Below are positions 19,389-29,200 of a DNA stretch of 64,000 nt, piece after piece. The DNA is taken from the sequence record DRR378314_1931; one strand, written 5' to 3'. The notes beneath the pieces were generated by a model that searched no databases, was not told where the DNA came from, and saw nothing but the letters and a program-made list of their open reading frames with translations. A program made the position numbers and the translations under genes. How positions within the stretch are numbered: the stretch's first letter is position 1; every line of letters begins with the position of its first letter.

Positions 19389-21100
19389 AGCGTCCTCGTC
19401 TTAAAATGCGATTAGGCGATTTGCTTGTTCACGAGCAAATCATCAGTGAAGAGCAGCTGCAAAAAGCACTAGAACAACAGCGTATTAGCGGACGTAAGCT
19501 GGGCGCGACGTTAACCGATCTTGGCTATATTTCCGAACAGCAGTTACTCGAATTCCTGGCGCAGCAACTTAAACTGCCACTTATCAGTATTTCTGAACGT
19601 AAAATTCCGGCTGAAGCCTTTAAATTGCTACCCGAAGTTCAGGCGCGTCGGCATCGGGCTTTGGTTATAGAAGCCAGCGAAGAGCAGGCATTAGTGGGTA
19701 TGAGTGACCCGGCCGACCTGTCCTCAATTGACGCCATTAATCAATTATTGGCTCCGCGCCAGGTTGAACTTGCCGTGGTTCCCGAAGGCGAGTTGATGCA
19801 GGCCTTTGATAACCTCTATCGACGCACCAAAGAAATTGAAACCTTCGCCAGTCAGTTGCAGGACGAATACGAAGATACCAGTGAGTTTGAGCTGGGGCAG
19901 TTAAGCCTCGATGACGATACTGATGAAGCCACGGTGGCTAAATTACTGCAGTCCATTTTTGAGGATGCGGTGCAAGTTCGAGCCTCGGATATTCACATAG
20001 AGCCGGACGACCGTAAATTACGGATTCGCCAACGTGTGGACGGTGTATTGCAGGAAAATGTGCTGGAAGAAACCAACATTGCCAATGCGCTGGTGTTACG
20101 TCTGAAGCTTATGGCCGGGCTGGATATTTCTGAACGACGCCTGCCGCAGGACGGCCGGTTTAATATTAAAATTCGCAAACACAGTATCGACGTGCGGGTA
20201 TCAACCATGCCGGTGCAATACGGCGAGTCCTGCGTGTTGCGTCTGCTGGACCAATCTGCCGGGCTGTTGTCGCTGGAACAAACCGGTATGCCTGCTTCTA
20301 TTGTTAAGCGTATACGGGCTTTAATTAAACGTCCGCATGGCATGTTGCTGGTAACCGGGCCTACCGGTTCGGGTAAAACCACAACGCTTTATGGTGCACT
20401 TAGTGAGCTGAATACCGAAGGCAAAAAGGTGATTACGGTTGAAGACCCGGTTGAGTACCGCTTGCCGCGTATTTCGCAAGTGCAGGTGAACAGTAAAATT
20501 GGGTTGGATTTCTCGCGGGTTCTGCGCACTACTTTACGTCAGGATCCGGACATTATTATGGTCGGTGAGATGCGCGACCACGAAACGGTTGAAATTGGTT
20601 TGCGCGGCTCTATTACCGGTCATTTAGTTTTATCTACTCTGCATACCAACGATGCCATTACCAGTGCCATGCGCCTGATTGACATGGGCGCACCGCCGTA
20701 TTTGGTCGCTGCTGCGTTGCGAGGCATATTAGCTCAGCGCCTGGTGCGCCGGGTATGCGATAAATGTGCAGAGAGTTACCAGCCGGATGAAGCCGAAAGT
20801 CAGTGGCTGGAGCATTTACGTGAGGGTAGCTCGGGCTATTCTTTTAAACGCGGAGTTGGTTGCCAGACATGCAACCATACCGGCTACCGTGGGCGCATAG
20901 GTGTGTTTGAACTGCTGGAAATGAATACGCCAATGATGGATGCCTTGCGTGATGGTAATACGCGAGAGTTTGCAATAGCTGCGAAAGCGCATCCGGGTTA
21001 TCAGTCTATGGCCACGGTTGCACTGGATTATGCCCGTGAAGGTATTACCAGCGTCGACGAAGTCTTGTTTCTGGCTGAAAGTGTTGAGGACAGTATCTGA
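19385..21100 (+). CDS. mshE: MSHA extension ATPase with N-terminal MshEN domain
   Basis: RLGDLL...KLG tandem MshEN motif, ASDIHIEP, GPTGSGKTT, LRQDPD, LSTLHTN, two CxxC. Confidence 0.96.
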   Translation: MKRPRLKMRLGDLLVHEQIISEEQLQKALEQQRISGRKLGATLTDLGYISEQQLLEFLAQQLKLPLISISERKIPAEAFKLLPEVQARRHRALVIEASEEQALVGMSDPADLSSIDAINQLLAPRQVELAVVPEGELMQAFDNLYRRTKEIETFASQLQDEYEDTSEFELGQLSLDDDTDEATVAKLLQSIFEDAVQVRASDIHIEPDDRKLRIRQRVDGVLQENVLEETNIANALVLRLKLMAGLDISERRLPQDGRFNIKIRKHSIDVRVSTMPVQYGESCVLRLLDQSAGLLSLEQTGMPASIVKRIRALIKRPHGMLLVTGPTGSGKTTTLYGALSELNTEGKKVITVEDPVEYRLPRISQVQVNSKIGLDFSRVLRTTLRQDPDIIMVGEMRDHETVEIGLRGSITGHLVLSTLHTNDAITSAMRLIDMGAPPYLVAAALRGILAQRLVRRVCDKCAESYQPDEAESQWLEHLREGSSGYSFKRGVGCQTCNHTGYRGRIGVFELLEMNTPMMDALRDGNTREFAIAAKAHPGYQSMATVALDYAREGITSVDEVLFLAESVEDSI

Positions 21101-22338
21101 TGCAGTTTCGGTATCGTGCACGGGACAAAGCAGGGCAACTGCAGCAAGGTTCACTGGATGCGAGTGATGAGCGCAATGCTGCCGATGTACTGATGCGTCG
21201 CGGCTTGGTACCGTTATCGATTAATTCTGTAAAAAGTCAGAGCTTTTCCTTCTTGAATAGTGGCTTTGGGGAAAGTTTAAAGTCTGCGTTTCAGCAAAAA
21301 GTGTCGCTGGACGAGCTGATTATATTTTGTCGTCAAATGTATTCACTGACCCAAGCCGGTATCCCTATGTTGCGGGCTATTGAAGGGCTGGCAGATACCA
21401 CCCAGAACAAGCGCTTACGTAAAACCTTGCAGGATGTGCATGAGCAACTGGAGCGGGGGCGCAACCTGTCGTCAGCCATGTCACATCACCGGGGCGTTTT
21501 TCCACGGCTGGTTATTGCTATTGTGCATGTGGGTGAAAATACCGGGCAGCTGGAAGAGTCCTTTCAGCAGCTGTCGGTTTATTTAGAAAAAGAACAAGAC
21601 ACCCGAAAGCGGATAAAAGCTGCCACCCGCTACCCGAGTTTTGTTCTTATCGCGCTCGTCATTGCCATGTTTGTACTGAACATTTTTGTGATCCCAACGT
21701 TCGCTTCTATGTTCAGCCGGTTTAATGTTGAACTGCCATGGGCGACCCGCGCGTTGTTGGGCTCGTCTGAATTTTTCGTCGCCTATTGGCATGTGTTGTT
21801 GATTGCAATGGTCGGTGCTTTTTTCGGCCTCAGGTATTACATAGCGACAGACAACGGAAGACTGAAATGGGACAGCCTGAAGTTAAAAGTACCCATTATT
21901 GGCTCCATTTTAATGCGTTCCATGTTAGGTCGTTTTGCCCGCAGTTTTTCGGTCATGATAGGTGCCGGCGTTCCGCTGACACAGGCTTTATCTTTAGTTG
22001 CTGAAGCGGTGGATAACGCCTGGATGGAAAAGCGCATTATTGAGATGCGCCGCGGCATTGAACGAGGCGAAAACCTGTCGCGGGTTGCCCGACAGTCAGG
22101 CCTGTTTACGCCATTAATTTTGCAAATGATATCGGTTGGTGAAGAAACTGGCCGGGTTGATGTTTTGCTGTTAGAGGTCGCTGAATATTACGAACGTGAA
22201 ACCGACTACGATCTTAAAACATTAACCGCTCGTATTGAGCCATTAATGATAGCGGTTGTAGCCGTTATGGTATTGATTCTCGCGCTGGGCATATTTACCC
22301 CAATGTGGGACATGATGAGCGCGTATCAGGGACGATAA
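21100..22338 (+). CDS. mshG: MSHA inner membrane platform protein (GspF/PilC family)
   Basis: Two GspF repeats (VGENTG, VGEETG), ATRYP, IFTPMWDM. Confidence 0.95.
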   Translation: MQFRYRARDKAGQLQQGSLDASDERNAADVLMRRGLVPLSINSVKSQSFSFLNSGFGESLKSAFQQKVSLDELIIFCRQMYSLTQAGIPMLRAIEGLADTTQNKRLRKTLQDVHEQLERGRNLSSAMSHHRGVFPRLVIAIVHVGENTGQLEESFQQLSVYLEKEQDTRKRIKAATRYPSFVLIALVIAMFVLNIFVIPTFASMFSRFNVELPWATRALLGSSEFFVAYWHVLLIAMVGAFFGLRYYIATDNGRLKWDSLKLKVPIIGSILMRSMLGRFARSFSVMIGAGVPLTQALSLVAEAVDNAWMEKRIIEMRRGIERGENLSRVARQSGLFTPLILQMISVGEETGRVDVLLLEVAEYYERETDYDLKTLTARIEPLMIAVVAVMVLILALGIFTPMWDMMSAYQGR

Positions 22339-22787
22339 TGACCAGAGACGCAACGGATGAACGCAAGGGTATTCAGCGGCTGCAGAATATTCTGGTGGTT
22401 TTGCTGTTGTTGGTATTGGCTGCAGTGGCGGCCAGAATGGTTCTGGTTGAAGAGCCGCAAAAATGGCGGCAGACCGAGTTAGATATTGCGGTTTCGCGGT
22501 TTATTGACTCGCTTTGGCTGGCCAGAACCGAGTGGATGCGACGCGGTAAGCCAAAGGAAATTGCTTTGCTTTATGAAAATAAAGCCCAGCAAACCAAGGT
22601 AGTAATGAATGAACAAGGGTGGCCGTCGGTTGAGGTAGGGTGTTTGCAGTTGTGGCAGCATCTGGGCAGTAACGTGCCGGGCAGCGCTTTAGATACGGAA
22701 TTAGAGAACGGGAATTGCCATTACAGAATTAACCAAAGCCCGTGGTTTACCTATAAAAGTGACCGGGGTCAGGTTGTTCGGAAATAA
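22338..22787 (+). CDS. mshF: MSHA biogenesis protein MshF-like
   Basis: TM segment, WMRRGKP, MNEQGWP, C..LW; lies between mshG and mshB; ATG overlaps the mshG stop. Confidence 0.65.
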   Translation: MTRDATDERKGIQRLQNILVVLLLLVLAAVAARMVLVEEPQKWRQTELDIAVSRFIDSLWLARTEWMRRGKPKEIALLYENKAQQTKVVMNEQGWPSVEVGCLQLWQHLGSNVPGSALDTELENGNCHYRINQSPWFTYKSDRGQVVRK

Positions 22788-22862
22788 CCCGGGAACCCGG
22801 TGTTAAGTGTTAAAGGAATGTAATAAAATGGATTCTATTGGAGTTTTAGTATGAGAGCTAAA

Positions 22863-23456
22863 ATGAGTAAAAAACAGCAGGGTTTTACCATCATCGAGCT
22901 GATTATTGTCGTAGTCATTCTCGGCCTGTTGGCAGCCGCTGCCATTCCTCGCTTCACCGATGTATCATCGGATGCTGAAGACGCCGCCCTAGAAGGTGTT
23001 GCCGGTGGTTTTGCCAGTGCGGTTGGCATTGTTCGCGGCGAATGGGAACTGAGCGGTCGTCCGAAAGGGGCCAGTGGCACGGGAGCCGGGGCTGAGGTGT
23101 CTATGGACCAAATTCAGCTTTACGTAGACGGCAGCACGGGGTATCCGGTGAGTGGTGACAATGCAAATGCGCACGACGAAAACTTAGCTGCAACAGACTG
23201 CGTCAGTGTTATGCAGTCTATTTTGCAGGGCGCACCAACGGTCACAACCAATTTTAATAACCTGAACGAAACACGCTATTTTACTTACGTGACACAAGAT
23301 AGCGCTGCAGGTAACGATATGTGTGTTTACTATTTAGCGAACACCATAAAAAATGAAACAGAAGCTCCGTCGGGTGATGATTATCTGACAGTGGGCAATG
23401 CTTTCGTTTATAATCCACGCAACGGCGGCGTGAGTATTCACAGCAACAACCAGTAA
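22863..23456 (+). CDS. mshB: MSHA pilin MshB (alternative start 22851)
   Basis: QQG|FTIIEL prepilin site, AIPRF, GVAGGFASAV...W...GRP. Confidence 0.85.
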   Translation: MSKKQQGFTIIELIIVVVILGLLAAAAIPRFTDVSSDAEDAALEGVAGGFASAVGIVRGEWELSGRPKGASGTGAGAEVSMDQIQLYVDGSTGYPVSGDNANAHDENLAATDCVSVMQSILQGAPTVTTNFNNLNETRYFTYVTQDSAAGNDMCVYYLANTIKNETEAPSGDDYLTVGNAFVYNPRNGGVSIHSNNQ

Positions 23457-23486
23457 GTTTTTTTACAACAATTGAGAGTTTTAATT

Positions 23487-23999
23487 ATGCGCAATCAAAA
23501 AGGTTTTACCCTGATCGAACTGATCATCGTTATTGTAGTTTTGGGGATTTTAGCAGTAACGGCTGCGCCTCAGTTTATTAACTTTTCCACTGATGCTCGC
23601 ACATCTACTGTTAAAGGCTTAAAAGGTGCTTTACAGGGCGCTGCTCAAACAGTTTATGCAAGAGCAGCCATTGATGATGACTTGGATGGTACTTCGGCTG
23701 CTCCCGTGACAGTTAATGGTGTAGCTACCGTGAACGGTTACCCAGCAGCCACACAGGCAGGAATTGCTACTGCTGCCAATTTAGATGCAACGAATGTTGA
23801 CCCAGCTGCTACCGTGACAACAGACTGGGCGTTTTTTGCAGATAGCGGTACTATTTCAATTGCCCCTGGTGATCAAGTACCAGCCCCGACAGCGGCCGAG
23901 GTAGAGGATATTACCGACACGAACTGTTACGCGACATATTCAGATGCGGCTGATTCTAATACCCCTCCAGCAATTACTATTGTAACGACTGGCTGCTAA
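23487..23999 (+). CDS. mshA: MSHA major pilin MshA
   Basis: QKG|FTLIELIIVIVVLGILAVTAAPQF, GLKGAL, NGYP, C-terminal C...TTGC disulfide. Confidence 0.9.
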   Translation: MRNQKGFTLIELIIVIVVLGILAVTAAPQFINFSTDARTSTVKGLKGALQGAAQTVYARAAIDDDLDGTSAAPVTVNGVATVNGYPAATQAGIATAANLDATNVDPAATVTTDWAFFADSGTISIAPGDQVPAPTAAEVEDITDTNCYATYSDAADSNTPPAITIVTTGC

Positions 24000-24014
24000 A
24001 TCCAACTTTAGGGT

Positions 24015-24043
24015 GCCCGCAGCTATTAAGCTGTGGGCTTTTT
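24015..24043 (+). terminator. Intrinsic terminator directly after mshA
   Basis: GCCCGCAGCT-atta-AGCTGTGGGC-TTTTT (10-bp stem with one G-U). Confidence 0.8.
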
Positions 24044-24054
24044 AAAGGCTAACT

Positions 24055-24489
24055 ATGAAGTCCCGAGGCTTCACTCTTATAGAACTCATCATCATACTGG
24101 TCATCATCGGTATCCTCGCTGTATCTGCAGGTCCCGTCTTTTTCGATAATTCCGGTACCCAAAGCCAAGTTGTAAGACAGCAGGCAATGAGTATTTTGCG
24201 CAGCATTCAGCTACAAGCTATGCAGGACACTACGGGTAATTACTCCTCTGTCGTATCAGAAAATACATTAGGCGTTCCTCCCTTTGTTGAAAATAACAAT
24301 CGCCAGATAAGTAATGTCGACAATGTTACCTTTTCATTCTCCGGCTCGTTACCTGCAACTATTGGTTTTGATGGATTAGGCAGACCAACTGAACAATGTA
24401 GTGGTGGGTGCACTATTACCCTTACCGAGAGCTCAGGTATAAGCCGTGATCTCTGTATCAATAGCGAGGGTTACATTAATGAGTGTTAA
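24055..24489 (+). CDS. mshC: MSHA minor pilin MshC
   Basis: RG|FTLIEL, QLQAM, FDGLGRP, INSEGYI. Confidence 0.88.
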   Translation: MKSRGFTLIELIIILVIIGILAVSAGPVFFDNSGTQSQVVRQQAMSILRSIQLQAMQDTTGNYSSVVSENTLGVPPFVENNNRQISNVDNVTFSFSGSLPATIGFDGLGRPTEQCSGGCTITLTESSGISRDLCINSEGYINEC

Positions 24490-25000
24490 GCAATCAAAAG
24501 GCTTTACGCTTATTGAGCTTATTATTGGCATTGTGGTTATTGCTATTGTTACTCTTGTGGTCACCGGCGGGCTTGGTCAGCTTTTTCGGCAAAGTGTTGA
24601 CCCATGGCAGCAGGTTAGGGCGACCGAAATCGGACAGAGTTTAATGAATGAAATTTTGTCCAGACGCTTTGATGAAAACAGTCATGCCGGTAACCAGTCT
24701 TTACGATGTTCTGAAACAGGGGCCGGAGGTTGTGCCGCTTTAAATTCTTGTCCGGCAGACGGCAGTTTGCCTAATTCTGAAGAGTCGCAACGCAGCAACT
24801 TTGATGACGTAGATGATTATCACTGTCTGGAATTAGATGGTGGGGAATTGAGCGATTTGGGTGAGAATTTGTATAAAGGCTTTCAGGCAAAAGTTTTTGT
24901 TAGTTACGAAATACCGAACGAAGTTAAGCTTATAACCATTGAGGTACAAACACCGCAGCAGGAAACCCTTGAATTTAATGCTCAAAAGGGGAATTGGTAA
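24479..25000 (+). CDS. mshD: MSHA minor pilin MshD
   Basis: KG|FTLIEL, GQSLMNEILSRRFDE, FDDVDDY, KGNW end. Confidence 0.9.
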   Translation: MSVKQSKGFTLIELIIGIVVIAIVTLVVTGGLGQLFRQSVDPWQQVRATEIGQSLMNEILSRRFDENSHAGNQSLRCSETGAGGCAALNSCPADGSLPNSEESQRSNFDDVDDYHCLELDGGELSDLGENLYKGFQAKVFVSYEIPNEVKLITIEVQTPQQETLEFNAQKGNW

Positions 25001-25818
25001 TGCGAAACATGCGCGGCTTTACCTTAATTGAGCTGATTATCGTTATCATAATATTGGCTATTGTCGCTGGCTTCTCTTTTCAGTTTGTTGGTATCGGTGC
25101 CCGGATGTTCACAACAGGCGCCGAACGTTTACAAACCATAGAGAAAAGCCGCTTTGCTGCGGAACGCGTCACTCGTGAGCTGCGCAACGCTGTTCCGAAC
25201 AGTATTCGAATACGCTCATCCGACGGCACTCAATGTCTTGAATTTTCGCCGGTACGGACGGTGGGGACATATTACGACGCTCCTATACGGCCGCAGCGCT
25301 CTGATCAAATGACGTTGGTTACATTATCCTCTTTAAGTACTCCGTGGGTTGCTGAGCCGACGGATAGAATTTTCATCTATGCGACCCGGGCCAACTTTAT
25401 TTACGCTAGCAATGCTCAACGTTACGCTGTACTAGCAGAATCTTACGACAGCGCCAGTGCGTCGGCATCAACCCCGGCGACTCACATTCTTCCTTTGGTT
25501 GCCGACAGTCGATTCGCTCAGAGTTCACCAAGAGAAAGAGCGTATATAGGCAAGCAGCCGGTCAGTTTTTGTCTGCAAAACGACGGTTTGTACCGAGTAG
25601 AAAATTATGGCTGGAATCAATCCCAAACGGTTCCGCCGGTTACTTTAAGCCAAAGTCAGTTGTTGGCTGAAAGACTTAATATGGATAACTCGTCGTTTTT
25701 GTTGGAACCAGGCGCTTCACAGCGTAATAATGTTATTAATATTCAGCTTGAGTTTGTAAGCCGAAGTAACGAGTCGATATATTATAATCAAAAGGTTCAT
25801 ATTCCCAATGCACCATAA
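25000..25818 (+). CDS. mshO: MSHA minor pilin MshO
   Basis: RG|FTLIEL, RFAAERVTRELRNAVPNSIR, CLEF.P, VHIPNAP end. Confidence 0.9.
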   Translation: MRNMRGFTLIELIIVIIILAIVAGFSFQFVGIGARMFTTGAERLQTIEKSRFAAERVTRELRNAVPNSIRIRSSDGTQCLEFSPVRTVGTYYDAPIRPQRSDQMTLVTLSSLSTPWVAEPTDRIFIYATRANFIYASNAQRYAVLAESYDSASASASTPATHILPLVADSRFAQSSPRERAYIGKQPVSFCLQNDGLYRVENYGWNQSQTVPPVTLSQSQLLAERLNMDNSSFLLEPGASQRNNVINIQLEFVSRSNESIYYNQKVHIPNAP

Positions 25819-26239
25819 TGACAATTTTCGACGCTCGCTGAATAAACAACGGGGTAATACCCTGGTCATTGCGATCTTTGTCATTGTCGTGCTTGGGGCT
25901 CTTGTTGCAGCTCTGTCAAACTTAGTCCGAACAACTTCGGAAAGTGTTGTGGTTGAGGTTTTAGGGACGCGCAGCTTTATGGCTGCTCAGTCAGGAATCG
26001 AGCAGGGTATGATGGAGCTTTATCCTATAGGTGGCTCTCCTGCTACCGCATGTCCCGACTTCAGCGAGAACATAGCGGTCGACAATTGTGAGGCTGTTAT
26101 TATTTGTAAAGATGAGCCTTATCCTCCACCCCCAAACGAAAAATATATCCATTTCAGACTCGAAGCTACCGGAGTCTGTACTGCCGGAGGGCAAACGGCT
26201 TCGCGGAAACTGGCTATTGAAACGCGAGTGAAGAACTGA
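25808..26239 (+). CDS. mshP: MSHA PilX-like protein MshP
   Basis: QRG|NTLVIAIF (no Glu5), EVLGTRSFMAAQSG. Confidence 0.88.
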   Translation: MHHNDNFRRSLNKQRGNTLVIAIFVIVVLGALVAALSNLVRTTSESVVVEVLGTRSFMAAQSGIEQGMMELYPIGGSPATACPDFSENIAVDNCEAVIICKDEPYPPPPNEKYIHFRLEATGVCTAGGQTASRKLAIETRVKN

Positions 26240-29200
26240 TGAGCCTGTTGAAAACACTTAAGTTCGTCATAATCTCTGTAATTGCCTTTGCGTCTACTCC
26301 CGCTATGGCTACCAATTACAATCTGCCCAATAATAATCTCCCGGGGTGTTCTAAATCTGGTAATACCTATACCTGTCCTAACGGGTTAAATCTGAATTTC
26401 CGCGACCGAATCCAAATTTCCGGCAACAATTCGGTTGTGATTAATGTGAATGGTAATTTTAATCTTGGTTCTGAAATGCGCATTAACGAGAATGGCGGCG
26501 CTCAGCAGTTAACAATCACTACTACGGGCTCATATAACGGCGGCTTTCAAAGCGTTATTAACGCGAATATTAGCAGCCAGCAAAACATTACCCTAGCCAA
26601 TGAAAACATTTTTTCCGGTTCTTTAGTTGCGGCAAACGACGTATCAGTGGGGTTTCGAACAAATATTGATGGCTCCATTCGCTCGACCAGCGGCAGCGTT
26701 ATTTTACAGGGTGAAAACAGTATTACGGGTAATGTTGATGCCAGAGATAATGTCATTGTGCGCTTCTTAACTGAGGTAAATGGCAACCTTAACGCTACAA
26801 ACGGGAATGTCGTACTCGAAGGACAAAACGATGTCTCCGGTGCTATTTTCAGTGGCGGTGATACCATTTTACGTTTTCGTTCAGACGTAGAGGGGGCGAT
26901 CACCAGTAACGGTCGCGTTGTGTTAGAGGGCGAAAACACCGTTAATGGCAATATTATTGCCGGCGACGACGTAACACTTAGATACGGCTCCGATGTAAAT
27001 GGTGATATTGATGCAGATGGTAGCGTAACGCTGGATGGAGCGAATATTGTTGATGGAAATATTAACGCTACTGACAGGGTCACCATTCCTAACTCGAGCA
27101 CGGTAACAGGCTATGTGAATGCCCCGCAGATTATTGACGAAAGTAATGTTCAGGGAGAAACCTGTGACATCAACAACAACGAAGGGCCTTGCGGGAGTGA
27201 ACCGCCCGACCAGCCGTTAGACGGGCTTGGTTACTGGGCTTTTGATCAAGTCGAGTGGAGAGGGCAGTTTGGTGAAGTTCTGGATATTTCCGGCAACGGG
27301 CTGCACGGGCAAGCATTAAGAGGTGCAAATACTTCAGGGTTTAATCCGGCAATTGCAGGCAACCCAGGCACCTGCCGTTATGGCAAATTTAATGGTGATA
27401 ACGCAGTGCGCGTAGATAACGCTCAGTCAATTGCTAATGCTGAATCTGTAAGTGTTGCGTTTTGGTTTAAAGGCAGTGCTACTGGGCAAAATCAGTCGGA
27501 TCGTTACCAGAGTCTTTTAGTGATAGGTAACGGACCTACTGAGGGGGCTTCCGGACGTTTCGAAGTTTACCGGCAGGACACCCGCGATGGTGGCGGACTG
27601 TATTTTGAAATACGCCGAAATAACGGCGAAATTGTTAATGTCGAGGCAGGTAACACGCGACAAGGGCAAACAAATTTGCTGGACGATAACTGGCATCATC
27701 TGGCGGCTTCCTATGACCGTAATGCACGTCGTTTAACTCTGTATATTGACGGGCAACAGGCAGATCAAACCTCATTTAATGGGTCATCTAATTTGAACGC
27801 TGTTGCCCCCCGTTTGTATATTGGCGGACAAGGAATCGGGGAAAACAGTTTCTACGGCGAAATTGATGAGGTTTTTATTGATGACAAGGTTCTCACCCAA
27901 AGTGACGTGACAACATTAAAAAGCATTACGCGACCTTGCAATGATCAACGGCCACTTTGTGAAGATGTCTGGCCTGTTGCTTTTGAAGTGCCTAATAACG
28001 TTCCCAAACCTTTTGATTTACCTGATCGCTCCTACAATACGCAGCTTCCCGCGCAGTTGCAGCCAATTGATTACTTACGTACCGGAAACTTCGGTAACAC
28101 TGGCTTTAATTACACAACCAATGGGCAAACCTCACGTGTCTATATTGATGGCGATGTGACTATTCAATCGGGGCGTCGTATTAATGTTGGCGGTAACGCT
28201 AATGAAATGATGCTGATTGTAACGGGTGATTTGACGTTAGAGCAGGATGTGCAGTTTAACGGGTACATATACGTTGCTGGTAATTTTCTTTTTGAGCGTA
28301 GTTTCTTCTTTTGGCAGACATCAGAGGTAACCGGCGGAGTGAGTGTTGGCGGGCGAAGCTTTGCTACAGGTAACTTTGGCTTTTTTGACCCCGAGGTGAA
28401 TTATCAGGCGCCTGTAGAACCTATTGCCGGAGGTAACTTCTGTAGAGCGTCCGATACGGCTCCACCCGTGTCGCCAGTGCACCATTACCAGTTGTCCTAT
28501 AACAGCCCGGCATTGACCTGCTCGGCTGCTGATATTGAGGTTACCGCCTGTGCCAATACCAACTGCTCTGAACTGTATGAGGGGAGTAGCACCGTTCAGC
28601 TAAATTCTACAGCCGGGGACTGGTCAACGAACCCTGTTTCGGCTTCTCCGGTGGGTACCACAAGTCTGGAAAAGACTAATGCCGGCATTTATCCTCTAGC
28701 TGTTGAAACTACAGGAACCTTACCGCAACCACAGAACCCGACACGCTGTTTAGTTAATGGCAACTTGTCGGAGAGCTGTAATATTGAGTTTAGTGATACC
28801 GGATTCATTTTCACTAGTGGGGATAACTTTGAGGACACTGATATTCCGTCACAGGTGTCAGCCGTGCCTTTTAGCAACCTACAATTGCGCGCAGTGGAAA
28901 CGAACAGTCAGACACTGGCTTGCCAGGCTGTGACGCAGCCTTTGAACTCGGTATCTATGAGTATGAACTGTGTTGACCCTGACCAATGTTTGATGGGGGC
29001 GTCTGTTAATGAAACGGAGGTGACAGAAAATAACACCAGTAACATCAGTGTTAGCTTTACTGACGGAAAAGCGCCTCTGGAAATCAACTATAAAGACGCT
29101 GGTGCTATCAATTTAACAGCGCAAGCGACTTTACCTAACGGGAAAACACTAAGAGGGACGTCAGAAGCTTTTGTTTGGCGGCCTGCAAGTATTGATGTGG

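Noticed and set aside
26587..27132. Possible CRISPR or DNA tandem repeat
   Set aside because: The periodicity is at the protein level with diverged DNA; there are no identical repeats with spacers
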